Below the pieces are notes generated by a model. The model saw only the letters and a list, made by a program, of their open reading frames with translations, did not search any database and was not told the DNA's origin. Below, in pieces: positions 39,618 through 49,924 of a stretch of 64,000 bases of DNA. Position 1 is the stretch's first letter. Each line of letters starts with the position of its first letter. Source of the DNA: an uncultured Oscillospiraceae bacterium (GTDB taxonomy: Bacteria; Bacillota; Clostridia; Oscillospirales; Acutalibacteraceae); contig URFG01000004.1 in the NCBI GenBank assembly GCA_900547095.1, positions 16,001 to 80,000 of the forward strand. Direction: 5' to 3'. The position numbers were made by a program, and so were the translations under genes.

Positions 39618-40856
39618 TTAAAAAGCTTCAAGCTCGCTTTCTATCAAAAGAAGTCTGTTATATTTTGCCGTTCTTTCAGATCTCTGCGGAGCGCCTGTTT
39701 TTATCTGCTCTGAATTCATTCCCACGGCGATATCCGCTATAAATGAATCCTCCGTATCGCCCGAGCGGTGAGAAACTATGGTCTTATAACCGTGTTTTTG
39801 AGCGAATCTTATTACGCTGAGCGTTTGAGAAAGAGTGCCTATCTGATTTGGTTTTATGAGTATTGCGTTGCCCGATCCGTTTTTAATTCCTTCCTCTAAT
39901 CGCTTTTCATCGGTAACGAAAAGATCATCGCCCACAAGCTGAATTCTTTTTCCAAGCTTTTCCGTCATATATTTCCAGCCCTCAAAATCAGTTTCACCGA
40001 GCCCGTCTTCGATAGATATTATCGGATATTTGCTCAAAAGCTCTTCATAATATTCCGTAAGACCCTTATAATCGAACTCCGTGCCTCTTTTCGGCATTTT
40101 ATAAGTGCGGTTATCATACCATTCGCTCGAAGCCGCATCCAGAGCGATCTTTACACTTTCGGTATTATATCCGCTTTTTTCTATCGCTTTAACTAAAAAT
40201 TCAAGAGCATAAGAATCATTGTCAAGATCGGGGGCGAAACCGCCTTCGTCGCCTACTCCGCAGGAAAGTCCCTCAGCCTTTAAAAGTCTGCCGAGAGTGT
40301 GATATATTTCACTGCACACTCTTAATCTTTCCTTAAAGCTTTTACAGGTGACCGGCATTATCATAAATTCCTGAATATCGATATTATTCGCCGCGTGCGC
40401 GCCGCCGTTTAAAATATTCATCATAGGAACAGGTGCCGTCATTTTCACGCTTCCGCCGAGATATCTGTAAAGCGGGAGCTTTAAGCTTTTTGCCGCCGCT
40501 CTTGCAACACTTAGAGATACCGCAAGAATTGCGTTAGCGCCGAGCCTGCTTTTATTTTCGGTCGCGTCACAGCGGATCATTTTATCATCGATAGCTGCCT
40601 GATCATAAGCCTCGTCGCCGATAAGGAGCGAGGAAATCACCTCGTTTATATTTTCAACCGCTCTCAAAGTTCCTTTCCCGAAGTATCTGTCGGCGTCATT
40701 ATCCCTAAGTTCGCACGCCTCAAATTTACCTGTAGAAGCGCCGCTCGGAACTATTGCAAGCGCGGAAGTCCCGCCGTCTAAAACCGCCTTGGCGGCGACA
40801 GTCGGGTTTCCTCTCGAATCAATAAATTCATATCCCTTTATATCTCTTATTTTCAT
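39618..40856 (-). CDS. eno: Enolase (phosphopyruvate hydratase)
   Basis: 412 aa. DSRGNPTV, SGASTG, SHRSGDTEDSFIADIAVG and IKTGAPQRSERTAKYNRLLLIE signatures. Confidence 0.85.
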   Translation of the reverse strand: MKIRDIKGYEFIDSRGNPTVAAKAVLDGGTSALAIVPSGASTGKFEACELRDNDADRYFGKGTLRAVENINEVISSLLIGDEAYDQAAIDDKMIRCDATENKSRLGANAILAVSLSVARAAAKSLKLPLYRYLGGSVKMTAPVPMMNILNGGAHAANNIDIQEFMIMPVTCKSFKERLRVCSEIYHTLGRLLKAEGLSCGVGDEGGFAPDLDNDSYALEFLVKAIEKSGYNTESVKIALDAASSEWYDNRTYKMPKRGTEFDYKGLTEYYEELLSKYPIISIEDGLGETDFEGWKYMTEKLGKRIQLVGDDLFVTDEKRLEEGIKNGSGNAILIKPNQIGTLSQTLSVIRFAQKHGYKTIVSHRSGDTEDSFIADIAVGMNSEQIKTGAPQRSERTAKYNRLLLIESELEAF

Positions 40857-41104
40857 TTGTTTTCACTCCGTTCTTTTTTGTATTTTCCCCTTTTATTTTT
40901 TTATTATGTATGTTATAATAAATTTATATTGTCAGAGGAAAAGCGCTGACAATATGCCTTGCGGCATTAAGAAAATCATAGATTTTCATATAAATTCATT
41001 AAGCATTAAAACTGTCGCACTGCGGTGCGACGCGGCTGTCGCCGTACAAAGGCTTGAAGCCTTTGTTTTTATGTTATAATAAGAAAGATAGTAAAAATCT
41101 ATAT

Positions 41105-41866
41105 ATGGAGAAGAATATGACTGATCAAAAAAACAGCGATAACATAATCTGCGGAAGAAATCCGGTTATGGAAGCGGTTAAGTCGGGCAAAGAGATCGAC
41201 AGGCTTTTAATTGCCCACGGTGCGGGCGGCGGCTCGATCTCGGCTATAACCGCGAAATGCGCGGCTAAGGGGATACTGATCAAAGAGATAAGCCCTCAGA
41301 AAATGGATTATTTCTGCGGCGGAGCCAATCATCAGGGCGTTGCAGTAATGCTTGCCTCAAGAGAATATTCCACAGTTGAAGATATTTTAAATTATGCCAA
41401 AGAAAAAAGCGAAGCTCCTTTTGTGGTTATCTGCGACGAAATAGAGGACCCTCACAACCTCGGAGCCATTATCAGAACCGCCGTTTGCTGCGGTGCGCAC
41501 GGAATAGTAATTCCTAAAAGGCGCTCGGCTTCGCTTAATATGACCGTGGCTAAAACCTCGGCGGGCGCTCTTGAATATATGAAAGTCGCAAGAGTTACAA
41601 ATATCGCAAACACTATCGATAAATTAAAGGAAAGCGGTCTATGGATATTCGGTGCGGATATGAACGGTGAGGACTTCAGAAAAACCGATTTTTCCGTTCC
41701 GACCGCTCTTGTTATAGGTAACGAGGGTAAAGGAATAGGCGCGCTCACAGCTAAAAAATGCGATAAAATAATCAGCCTGCCGATGAAAGGAAGTCTTAAT
41801 TCCTTAAATGCCTCTGTGGCGGCAGGAATATTAATGTTTGAAGTAATGAGAAAAAGGGAGGGTTAA
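41105..41866 (+). CDS. rlmB: TrmH/SpoU-family 23S rRNA (guanosine-2'-O)-methyltransferase
   Basis: NIICGRNPVMEAV, SpoU methylase motifs (VVICDEIEDPHNLGAIIRTA, LVIGNEGKGI). ATG start at 41105 is preferred over the upstream TTG. Confidence 0.75.
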   Translation: MEKNMTDQKNSDNIICGRNPVMEAVKSGKEIDRLLIAHGAGGGSISAITAKCAAKGILIKEISPQKMDYFCGGANHQGVAVMLASREYSTVEDILNYAKEKSEAPFVVICDEIEDPHNLGAIIRTAVCCGAHGIVIPKRRSASLNMTVAKTSAGALEYMKVARVTNIANTIDKLKESGLWIFGADMNGEDFRKTDFSVPTALVIGNEGKGIGALTAKKCDKIISLPMKGSLNSLNASVAAGILMFEVMRKREG

Positions 41867-41868
41867 AA

Positions 41869-44667
41869 ATGGGGGTATTTAAAAGATCTAAAAAAGAAGA
41901 CGAACTTCTCGATCTTGAAAGTATGGAAGAAAGTCTTTATACAGAGAGAAAAAAAGAAGAAATAAAAATGCCCCTTTTTAAGCCTTCGTATTCGCTTACT
42001 CCGAGCGAAGTTCTCTCAAACATCAAGCACGGAATCTCTTCGACGGCAGAGCCTTCAAATTCAAGTCCGCTCGAGTCTTTGAAAAAAAGAATGCTTTCAA
42101 ATCTTCCCGATGTTTCGGATGAGAGCGAAAAAGAAGTGGAGAAAAAGCCTGATAAAACAGAAAACAGGAGCTATAAAACCGTCGGAATGTTTCCCGATGT
42201 AACGGAGGCTCCTATCAAATCAGATATAATGACCGTTGAAGAAAATCCTCTGCCTGCGGAAAATCACGACAAGCCTATTACATATATGCCTAAAAAGCAC
42301 GACAATGTGAATGAAAATGAGCAGTTTTTCATCGATGTGGAATCGGCTATAAAGCACAGAGATCAGAGCCTGCTTGAAAAATGCAGCGCTTATACTGTGG
42401 ATGATAACGGCAATGATCTTTCAAAGGATCAAAAATCGGATTACACGCTCGAATCCGTTTCAGATATTTTAAGGAGCGAAAGTAATTTCGCGCTTGACGA
42501 ATTATCGAAAAAATGCAATATGACTATTGACGATCTCGGCAAGAAAATGGAAAATTTGGGCGAAAATTCCGAAAAGCCCGAAGAAAAAGGCTCAAAGAGA
42601 ACCGAGGCTTTTGCAAAAATGGTTTCCGAGTCTTTAAAAGACAAAACTGCCCCCGATTTTGTGGAGGGGCTTAAAGAGCAGGGCGTAGAAGTAAAAGAAA
42701 TGAACACCGATACCCCCGATATTTCCGATCTTGACGGCGGCTCGCCTAAAATGGAAGAAGACACTAATATCTCAAACACCGCTACGGTGAGATTTACTCC
42801 TATCAAAGACGAAAAAAGCGATACGGGAACAATAATAATCAGCAATATGACCCGCCCGCTCGATATTAAATCAGAGCTATTGGAACTTGAAGAAAAAAGC
42901 GAGCCTGAAAACGGACTTGCAGAGGAATTTGAAGAATTCGAAGAAGAAACAGAAGAGGAAGAATTCAAAAACCTCGGCGAATCGAAAAAATTCTTAAGAA
43001 AATTTTCTATCGCAAAGCGCTCGGCATTCTTAAAGCTTTGCTCAAGCAGCCTGCTTTTCTTTGCTGGAATTTTATTTATGATCCCTCCGCTCCTTGAGCT
43101 TAACCGGGATTATCCGTCGACCGTATCCGTGATCCTCACCGTTTTCTGCGGACTTTCAATACTTTCAAATATCGATCTTTTATTTTCTTTTAAAACCTTT
43201 TTCACAAAAAAATGCAGCACCGATATTCCCTGCTTTTTTGCGGGTATCTTACTTTTTATAAACTGTTTAAGCTATTGCCTTAAAAAAGGCTCTTTGCTTG
43301 AAATGTCCTGCCTTTATTCGGCGGTTTTATGCCTTTTTATAATTTTTATGAGAGCTTTATCACAATTCTTTAAAACCTGCTACGAGCTTTCCAATTTAAG
43401 GCAGATAGCCACAAAGCGGCCTAAAAAAGCCGTTTCGCTGATAGGCGATAAGGGAGCGGCTTTCGCTATGGCTAAAAACGCGGTAGACGGCGACGCGCTT
43501 GTCGCCCTTTCCCACCCCACGGAATTTGTCGGCGATTACATTAAATATACTAAGCATAAATCCGTTATGGGCGGAAAATTAAGACTTATAACTATTACTT
43601 CTTTAATAGTGGGAATTATTTCCGCCGTGATAAATTATTCTTCTTCAAAGGATATAACCTCCGCCTCATTTGTGCTTGCTGCGATAGTAAGCTTTGCGGC
43701 TGTGCCGGCGCTGTTTTTGATCGATGAGCTGCCGAATTTCTGCGCCGCCTCAAGGTTAAACAAAAAAGGCGCTATGATCGCGGGAAGAACCGCCGCTGAA
43801 CGCCTTGAAATGGCGAACACGGCAGTGCTTTCCGCGGCTGATTTCTTCCCTGCGGGAACAATAACTCTTCAAAATCTAAAGGTGCTTTCAAATAATAATA
43901 TCGATGATACTCTTTTAAGAGCGGCGTCCCTTACAGAGGCTGTATCAAGCACACTTGCTCCGCTCTTTAAAAAAATAGCAAAAACCAATTCCGCTTATAC
44001 CCTCCCCGATTCCGACACTGTTAAATACGAGGACAGATTAGGTCTTTCAGGCTGGGTGGATAACGAACTTCTCTTTATCGGAAACAGGACGCTTATGGAG
44101 GCTCACGGAATAGATATTCCGAGCATTGAAATAGACAGAAAAATTCTTCATAACGGCTGTTTCCCGATATATGTTGCAAGCAAAAATACAGCCTGCGCGC
44201 TTTTGGTCGTTAAATACGATGTTGACGAAAATGTCGTAAGAGAGCTCAGAACTCTTACAAATTCCGGCGTAACGGTGCTTGTTAACAACTGCGATCCGAA
44301 CATAAGCGAAGAAATGCTCTGCGATTATTTCGGGCTTTATTCGAATTCAGTAAAGGTAATGACCAATGCGGGAGTTCATATGTATAAAACGCTTTGCGAA
44401 AAAACGGAAAGCTGTTCCGCGCCCGCCGCATTCAGAAGCAGTCAGCTGACATTTATATCAATACTTAACTGTGCGTCAAAAATAAAGAAAAGCAACAGTG
44501 TTTTATCTTTTATTTATGCGCTGTTCTGTTTGCTGGGAATACTGTTCATGGCATATTATTCGGCAGTAAAGGGAGGCACCGGCGACCTGCAGACCGCCCT
44601 GCCGCTTATCGGCGCCGCGTCGGGTACGCTGATATCTGTTTTGACATTTTTAATTACCAAGCCTTAA
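41869..44667 (+). CDS. Large hypothetical membrane protein: ~370-aa acidic low-complexity N-terminal region, polytopic TM core, C-terminal region with faint P-type-ATPase-like segments but no DKTGT
   Basis: 932-aa ORF. E/D/K/S-rich N-terminus, multiple hydrophobic helices. IGNRTLMEAHGI and VLVNNCDPN are only weakly reminiscent of ATPase P-domain motifs. Confidence 0.45.
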   Translation: MGVFKRSKKEDELLDLESMEESLYTERKKEEIKMPLFKPSYSLTPSEVLSNIKHGISSTAEPSNSSPLESLKKRMLSNLPDVSDESEKEVEKKPDKTENRSYKTVGMFPDVTEAPIKSDIMTVEENPLPAENHDKPITYMPKKHDNVNENEQFFIDVESAIKHRDQSLLEKCSAYTVDDNGNDLSKDQKSDYTLESVSDILRSESNFALDELSKKCNMTIDDLGKKMENLGENSEKPEEKGSKRTEAFAKMVSESLKDKTAPDFVEGLKEQGVEVKEMNTDTPDISDLDGGSPKMEEDTNISNTATVRFTPIKDEKSDTGTIIISNMTRPLDIKSELLELEEKSEPENGLAEEFEEFEEETEEEEFKNLGESKKFLRKFSIAKRSAFLKLCSSSLLFFAGILFMIPPLLELNRDYPSTVSVILTVFCGLSILSNIDLLFSFKTFFTKKCSTDIPCFFAGILLFINCLSYCLKKGSLLEMSCLYSAVLCLFIIFMRALSQFFKTCYELSNLRQIATKRPKKAVSLIGDKGAAFAMAKNAVDGDALVALSHPTEFVGDYIKYTKHKSVMGGKLRLITITSLIVGIISAVINYSSSKDITSASFVLAAIVSFAAVPALFLIDELPNFCAASRLNKKGAMIAGRTAAERLEMANTAVLSAADFFPAGTITLQNLKVLSNNNIDDTLLRAASLTEAVSSTLAPLFKKIAKTNSAYTLPDSDTVKYEDRLGLSGWVDNELLFIGNRTLMEAHGIDIPSIEIDRKILHNGCFPIYVASKNTACALLVVKYDVDENVVRELRTLTNSGVTVLVNNCDPNISEEMLCDYFGLYSNSVKVMTNAGVHMYKTLCEKTESCSAPAAFRSSQLTFISILNCASKIKKSNSVLSFIYALFCLLGILFMAYYSAVKGGTGDLQTALPLIGAASGTLISVLTFLITKP

Positions 44668-44679
44668 GGAGAAATAAAA

Positions 44680-46593
44680 ATGAGTGAAAAAAAGAAATTT
44701 TATATTACCACTGCTATAGCTTATACTTCAAGCAAGCCCCATATCGGAAATGCTTACGATATCGTGCTCTCCGATATGATAGCAAGATATAAAAAGATGA
44801 TGGGCTTTGAAGTATTCTTGCAGACAGGCTCCGATGAGCACGGACAGAAGATAGAGGAAAAAGCCAAAGCCGCTAATATTACTCCGAAAGAGTATGTCGA
44901 TGATGTTTCAGAGCAGATAAAAAGCGTATGGAAAAGTCTTAATACCGATTATGACAAGTTTATTAGAACTACCGACTCAGACCACGAAAAAGCTGTTCAG
45001 AAAATATTTAAAAAACTTTATGATCAGGGCGATATTTATAAAGGTACATACGAGGGCAAATACTGCGTTCCCTGCGAATCGTTTTTCACTGCTTCTCAGC
45101 TTGTTGACGGTAAATGCCCCGACTGCGGAAGAGAAGTGACCGACGCTAAGGAAGAAGCTTACTTTTTAAAGCTTTCAAAATATCAGGATAAGATTTTAAA
45201 ATATTATGAGGAAAATCCTGATTTCATCAAGCCGGAATCCCGCAAGAATGAGATGATAAACAATTTCTTAAAGCCGGGACTTGAAGATCTTTGCGTTTCA
45301 AGATCTTCGTTTAAATGGGGCATACCTGTTCCCTTTGACGACCGCCATGTTATTTATGTCTGGCTTGACGCGCTTACAAACTATATTACCGGTATCGGTT
45401 ACGACACCGATAAGCCGAGCGAGCAGTTTGAAAAGCTGTGGCCTGCCGATCTGCACGTTATAGGCAAAGATATTGTAAGATTTCACACGATTTACTGGCC
45501 GATAATTCTTATGGCGCTCGGTCTTCCCTTGCCTAAACAGGTTTTAGGCCACCCCTGGGTACTAACCGGCGAGGACAAAATGTCTAAATCAAAGGGAAAT
45601 ATTATCTATGCCGATTACCTTGCAAACAGGTACGGCGCAGACGCTGTAAGATACTATCTACTTTCCGAAATTCCTTTCACGCAGGACGGCGCTATTACTT
45701 ACGAATCCTTTATCACTAAATTCAATTCCGATCTTGCCAATACTTTCGGAAACTTGGTTAACCGAACCGTCGCTATGACAAATAAGTATTTTTCGGGAAA
45801 GGTTGGCAAAAACGAAGCCAAAACTAACTTTGACGGCGACCTGATAAACACCGCTAAAGACTCGGTTTCGGATTACTGCAAATATATGGATTCATTCCAC
45901 AATGCAGACGCGTGCAATGCAGTTTTAAGTCTTGCAAAGCGCTGCAACAAATATATCGATGAAACCGCGCCCTGGCTCCTTGCAAAAGACGAAGATAAAA
46001 AAGATACCTTAGAAAATGTTCTTTATAATCTTCTCGAATGCATAAGACTATTAGGCGTAATGCTAAGTCCCATAATGCCTGAGTGCAGCGAAAAGATAGC
46101 AAAAATGATTAACTGCGATGAAAAATCGCTTGATATTTTTAAAACTACAAGCTTTGAAGCGAACGAGGCAACCCCGCTTTTTGCCAGACTTGACACGCAA
46201 AAAGAGCTTGAAGAAATAGCGCAGGAGCTTAAAAAAGAAGAAAAGAAACCTAAAAACACCGTAACTCTTTCTGAAATTTCTATCGATGATTTTTTGAAAA
46301 CAAATCTTATAACAGCAAAGGTCGTTTCCTGCGAGCCTGTTAAAAAATCCAAAAAGCTTTTAAAGCTTACATTAAACGACGGTTCCGACAAGCCCCGCAC
46401 CGTGGTTTCGGGAATTTCGGAGTTTTACTCACCCGAGGATCTTATCGGTCACACAGTAATAGTGGTTTCCAATTTAAAGCCTGCAAAGCTTTGCGGAGTA
46501 GAGTCAAACGGAATGATATTAGCCGCCGACAGCAATAATGAAATTAAGGTCATCTTTGCCGATGGTACTGATCCGGGTTCGAGAGTTCGATAA
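44680..46593 (+). CDS. metG: Methionine--tRNA ligase with C-terminal tRNA-binding (EMAP-like) domain
   Basis: HIGNAY (HIGH motif), KMSKS, zinc knuckle CxxC...CxxC, C-terminal Myf-type domain. Confidence 0.95.
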   Translation: MSEKKKFYITTAIAYTSSKPHIGNAYDIVLSDMIARYKKMMGFEVFLQTGSDEHGQKIEEKAKAANITPKEYVDDVSEQIKSVWKSLNTDYDKFIRTTDSDHEKAVQKIFKKLYDQGDIYKGTYEGKYCVPCESFFTASQLVDGKCPDCGREVTDAKEEAYFLKLSKYQDKILKYYEENPDFIKPESRKNEMINNFLKPGLEDLCVSRSSFKWGIPVPFDDRHVIYVWLDALTNYITGIGYDTDKPSEQFEKLWPADLHVIGKDIVRFHTIYWPIILMALGLPLPKQVLGHPWVLTGEDKMSKSKGNIIYADYLANRYGADAVRYYLLSEIPFTQDGAITYESFITKFNSDLANTFGNLVNRTVAMTNKYFSGKVGKNEAKTNFDGDLINTAKDSVSDYCKYMDSFHNADACNAVLSLAKRCNKYIDETAPWLLAKDEDKKDTLENVLYNLLECIRLLGVMLSPIMPECSEKIAKMINCDEKSLDIFKTTSFEANEATPLFARLDTQKELEEIAQELKKEEKKPKNTVTLSEISIDDFLKTNLITAKVVSCEPVKKSKKLLKLTLNDGSDKPRTVVSGISEFYSPEDLIGHTVIVVSNLKPAKLCGVESNGMILAADSNNEIKVIFADGTDPGSRVR

Positions 46594-46598
46594 ATAAT

Positions 46599-47354
46599 AT
46601 GTGCAAAATTTTCGATACTCATTCTCATTATGATGATGAGAAGTTCGATTTAATAAGAGATGAGATATTATCCGATCTTCCCGCAAAAAATGTGGGAAAA
46701 ATTATAACCTGCGGAGTAAATAAAGCCTCTTCATATAAAGCGCGCGAGCTTTCAAAAAAATATGATTATATTTATTTTGCCGCGGGAATTCACCCCGAAA
46801 ATATTTGCGACGGAACGGATACGGAGTTTTTAAGCGAACTTTTGAACGATAAAAAGTGTGTGGCATTAGGCGAAATAGGCCTTGATTATCATTATGAAAA
46901 AGACTCGGCTCAAATTCAGAAGAAGATATTTGAAGATCAGCTTATAATTGCAAAATCTTTTTCAAAACCCGTGATAATTCACGACCGCGACGCACATAAG
47001 GATACGCTTGATCTTATTTTAAAGCACAGACCGAAAGGCGTGCTTCACTGCTTTTCGGGAAGTCTTGAAAGTGCAAAAATCATTCTTGACACTGGATTAT
47101 ATATAGGTATAGGCGGAGTTATAACATTTAAAAACTCAAAAAAGCTCCCGGAAATCGTTGCCGAAATCCCGCTTGACAGGATCTTGCTTGAAACAGATTG
47201 CCCTTATCTTGCGCCCGAGCCTTTCAGAGGCAGAATATGCACATCCGATATGATAAAATATACTGCCCGAAAAATCGCGGAAATTAAAAATATTTCTTAT
47301 GATAAGCTGTTAAAAATTACCTTTGAAAACGCTATGAAATTATTTTTAAATTAA
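46599..47354 (+). CDS. tatD: TatD-family metal-dependent hydrolase (DNase)
   Basis: 251 aa. FDTHSHYDD N-terminus. Conserved position after metG. Confidence 0.85.
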   Translation: MCKIFDTHSHYDDEKFDLIRDEILSDLPAKNVGKIITCGVNKASSYKARELSKKYDYIYFAAGIHPENICDGTDTEFLSELLNDKKCVALGEIGLDYHYEKDSAQIQKKIFEDQLIIAKSFSKPVIIHDRDAHKDTLDLILKHRPKGVLHCFSGSLESAKIILDTGLYIGIGGVITFKNSKKLPEIVAEIPLDRILLETDCPYLAPEPFRGRICTSDMIKYTARKIAEIKNISYDKLLKITFENAMKLFLN

Positions 47355-47407
47355 GAATAATATCAAAGCTTTGGCAGATAATATCTGTGAAAGCGGGGTG
47401 ATTTTCA

Positions 47408-47503
47408 ATGGAAAACAACAATAACAAGAATAAGAAAGAACAGTCTTCTAAATCCAAGAAAAATCAGAACGGACAGAATAAGAGCAACCAGAACAACAGA
47501 TAA
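47408..47503 (+). CDS. Hypothetical 31-aa N/K/Q-rich hydrophilic peptide (MENNNNKNKKEQSSKSKKNQNGQNKSNQNNR)
   Basis: Not in the ORF track because it is shorter than 60 aa. GGGGTGA RBS 8 nt upstream. Clean Rho-independent terminator 30 nt downstream. Confidence 0.35.
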   Translation: MENNNNKNKKEQSSKSKKNQNGQNKSNQNNR

Positions 47504-47534
47504 TTTCTAAAAATCTTATTTTGCAGCTATAAAT

Positions 47535-47571
47535 TTGCTCCGATTTTGAAAAAAATCGGAGCAAATTTTTT
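47535..47571 (+). terminator. Rho-independent terminator
   Basis: TTGCTCCGATTTT / AAAATCGGAGCAA stem followed by a T-run. Confidence 0.75.
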
Positions 47572-47676
47572 TAATACAAAAAATGAGAAAAAGCGAGCAT
47601 TTTAAAGAAAACGAGAGATTTTGAGATTTTTATAATAAAATACTTTAAAACTTTAAAGAAAATGCGTAAAATTATC

Positions 47677-47705
47677 TTGACAATTAGGGATTTTTAGTTT
47701 ATATT
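47677..47705 (+). promoter_or_regulatory. Sigma-A-type promoter (-35 TTGACA / 17 nt / -10 TATATT) giving a ~260-nt leader before potA
   Basis: Read directly from the sequence. The leader contains the hairpin GCCGGATCTCTTTCCGGC (47761-47778). Confidence 0.5.
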
Positions 47706-47972
47706 CAATTAATGTCGAATATTTTTTTCGGCGCTTTTTTCGCATCTGTGTAGTTATAAAGCCGGATCTCTTTCCGGCACGCGGAAATTATAATGCAATG
47801 CCGCAGCTGAAAACGGATTATTTTTAAAAAGCTGTTTAAAGCCCTTTGTTCGGGCATTGCTAATCTCCGCGGGCATCACAGGGTAAACGTATGACTGTAT
47901 TCAGTCGATTTTACTGCTGTTCGGGCAAGAAATTGCCAATGCTTCGTGCGTGAACAAAGGGGGATGCAAAAA

Positions 47973-49100
47973 ATGGAAAAACAGAATATTATTGACCTTA
48001 AAAACATCAGAGTTATGTTTGACGATGAGCAGGTGCTTGACGGACTGAATCTTTCTATCCGTGATAAAGAATTTATCACTCTTTTAGGTCCGTCAGGGTG
48101 CGGCAAAACCACCACCCTGCGCATTATCGCCGGATTTTTGGAGCCCGATGAGGGCGAGATCGTTTTTGAGGGCAAAAAACTCAACGGTGTTCCGGCTTAT
48201 AAAAGGCAAGTGAACACCATTTTTCAGCGCTATGCGCTTTTTCCTCATTTGAATGTTTATGAAAATATCGCGTTCGGTCTGAGGATAAAAAAGCAAAAAG
48301 AGGCTGAAATCAAAAAGAGCGTTAAAGAAATGCTTAAGCTTGTCAATTTAGAGGGCTTTGAAAAGCGAAGAGTAAACACTCTTTCAGGCGGTCAGCAGCA
48401 GAGAGTAGCTATTGCAAGAGCTATAGCAAATCAGCCGAAAGTGCTTTTGCTTGACGAGCCGCTCGCCGCTCTCGATTTAAAGCTTCGAAAGGATATGCAA
48501 AAAGAGCTTCGCAATATTCAAAGAAAGCTCGGAATTACCTTTATATTCGTAACCCACGATCAGGAAGAGTCTCTCACTCTTTCGGACAGAGTGGTTGTTA
48601 TGGATAAGGGAAGAATTCAGCAGGTAGGCACTCCGCAGGATATCTATAACGAGCCGCAAAACGCTTTTGTTGCAGATTTTATCGGCGAGTCGAATATTCT
48701 TGACGGTACGATGATAAAAGACTTTTATGTCAATTTTTCCGGCAATAATTTCGAATGCCTCGATAAAGGATTTGAGGAAAACGAACAGGTTGATGTCGTA
48801 GTAAGACCGGAAGATGTAGATATAGTCGATATATCCAGCGGAATGTTAAAAGGATTGGTTACCTCGGTCGATTTCTTAGGCGTTCATTATGAAATAATCG
48901 TCGATATCGGCGGCTTTAAATGGATGATACAGACTACCGAAGAACATAAAGTGGGAGAAGAAGTTGGGCTTTATATCGAGCCCGACGCTATCCATATTAT
49001 GAAAAAATCCGAATATTCCGGACTTTACGGAGATTACAGCTCTTACAGCGAAGAGATGGACCATCTTTCCGATACCGAACTGCCGGAGGAGGATAAATAA
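47973..49100 (+). CDS. potA: Spermidine/putrescine ABC transporter ATP-binding protein
   Basis: Walker [23 protein letters not shown]-like C-terminus. Start at MEKQNI with a GGGGGA RBS 9 nt upstream. Confidence 0.9.
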   Translation: MEKQNIIDLKNIRVMFDDEQVLDGLNLSIRDKEFITLLGPSGCGKTTTLRIIAGFLEPDEGEIVFEGKKLNGVPAYKRQVNTIFQRYALFPHLNVYENIAFGLRIKKQKEAEIKKSVKEMLKLVNLEGFEKRRVNTLSGGQQQRVAIARAIANQPKVLLLDEPLAALDLKLRKDMQKELRNIQRKLGITFIFVTHDQEESLTLSDRVVVMDKGRIQQVGTPQDIYNEPQNAFVADFIGESNILDGTMIKDFYVNFSGNNFECLDKGFEENEQVDVVVRPEDVDIVDISSGMLKGLVTSVDFLGVHYEIIVDIGGFKWMIQTTEEHKVGEEVGLYIEPDAIHIMKKSEYSGLYGDYSSYSEEMDHLSDTELPEEDK

Positions 49101-49924
49101 TGGAGAAAAAATCTTTCGGCTCAAGGCTTGTCGCCGCTCCTTATATCGTCTGGTCCGCAATTTTTATTATAGTGCCTCTTTTTATAATGGTCTATTTTGC
49201 GCTTACAAACGAGGCGGGTGCTTTCACCTTAGAAAATTTAAAATCGATAGGAAAATATAAGAATGCCTTTTTCATATCGATTATTTATGCGGCTATCGCC
49301 ACTGTAATTACTTTAATTCTTGCTTATCCGATGTCGTATTTTATGACTAAAATGAAGATAAGCAACCAGCGGATGATAATGCTTATAGTTATGCTCCCTA
49401 TGTGGATGAATTTTCTTATAAGAACCTATTCGTGGATATCTATCCTTGCAAACACGGGTATAATAAATTCACTGCTCGGAAAATTAGGCTTAGGTCCGCT
49501 TAAGCTTATAAATACACCCGGCGCCGTAATTCTCGGAATGGTGTATGATTTTATTCCGTATATGATTCTGCCTATCTACACGGTAATGTCTAAAATAGAT
49601 AATTCTCTTTTGGAAGCTTCCGAAGATCTTGGAGCAAACGGTCCTTTAAAACTCAAAAAGGTAATATTCCCACTCTCTCTTCCGGGAGTGATTTCGGGAA
49701 TCACTATGGTTTTTGTGCCGAGCGTCAGCACATTCTATATCTCGCAAAAGCTCGGCGGAAACAAAACCTTGCTTATAGGCGACGCTATAGAATACCTTTT
49801 TAATACAGGCCCTGAATACTACAGCGTGGCTTCCGCTCTTTCGCTTGTTTTAATGGTGATGATCCTTATTTGTCTTGCCGTTATGAATAAGTTTTCGGAT
49901 GATGAAGGGAGCGTGACGGTATGA
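49100..49924 (+). CDS. potB: Spermidine/putrescine ABC transporter permease
   Basis: 6-TM permease with an EAA-like loop (EASEDLGANG). Start overlaps the potA stop. Confidence 0.85.
   Translation: MEKKSFGSRLVAAPYIVWSAIFIIVPLFIMVYFALTNEAGAFTLENLKSIGKYKNAFFISIIYAAIATVITLILAYPMSYFMTKMKISNQRMIMLIVMLPMWMNFLIRTYSWISILANTGIINSLLGKLGLGPLKLINTPGAVILGMVYDFIPYMILPIYTVMSKIDNSLLEASEDLGANGPLKLKKVIFPLSLPGVISGITMVFVPSVSTFYISQKLGGNKTLLIGDAIEYLFNTGPEYYSVASALSLVLMVMILICLAVMNKFSDDEGSVTV

Noticed and set aside
41047-41076. Plus-strand terminator-like hairpin with no upstream plus-strand gene
   Set aside because: Cannot terminate any mapped transcript. Retained only as part of the eno/rlmB intergenic palindrome observation.
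47876-48184. 102-aa minus-strand ORF across the potA start
   Set aside because: Antisense to potA and its leader. No RBS.
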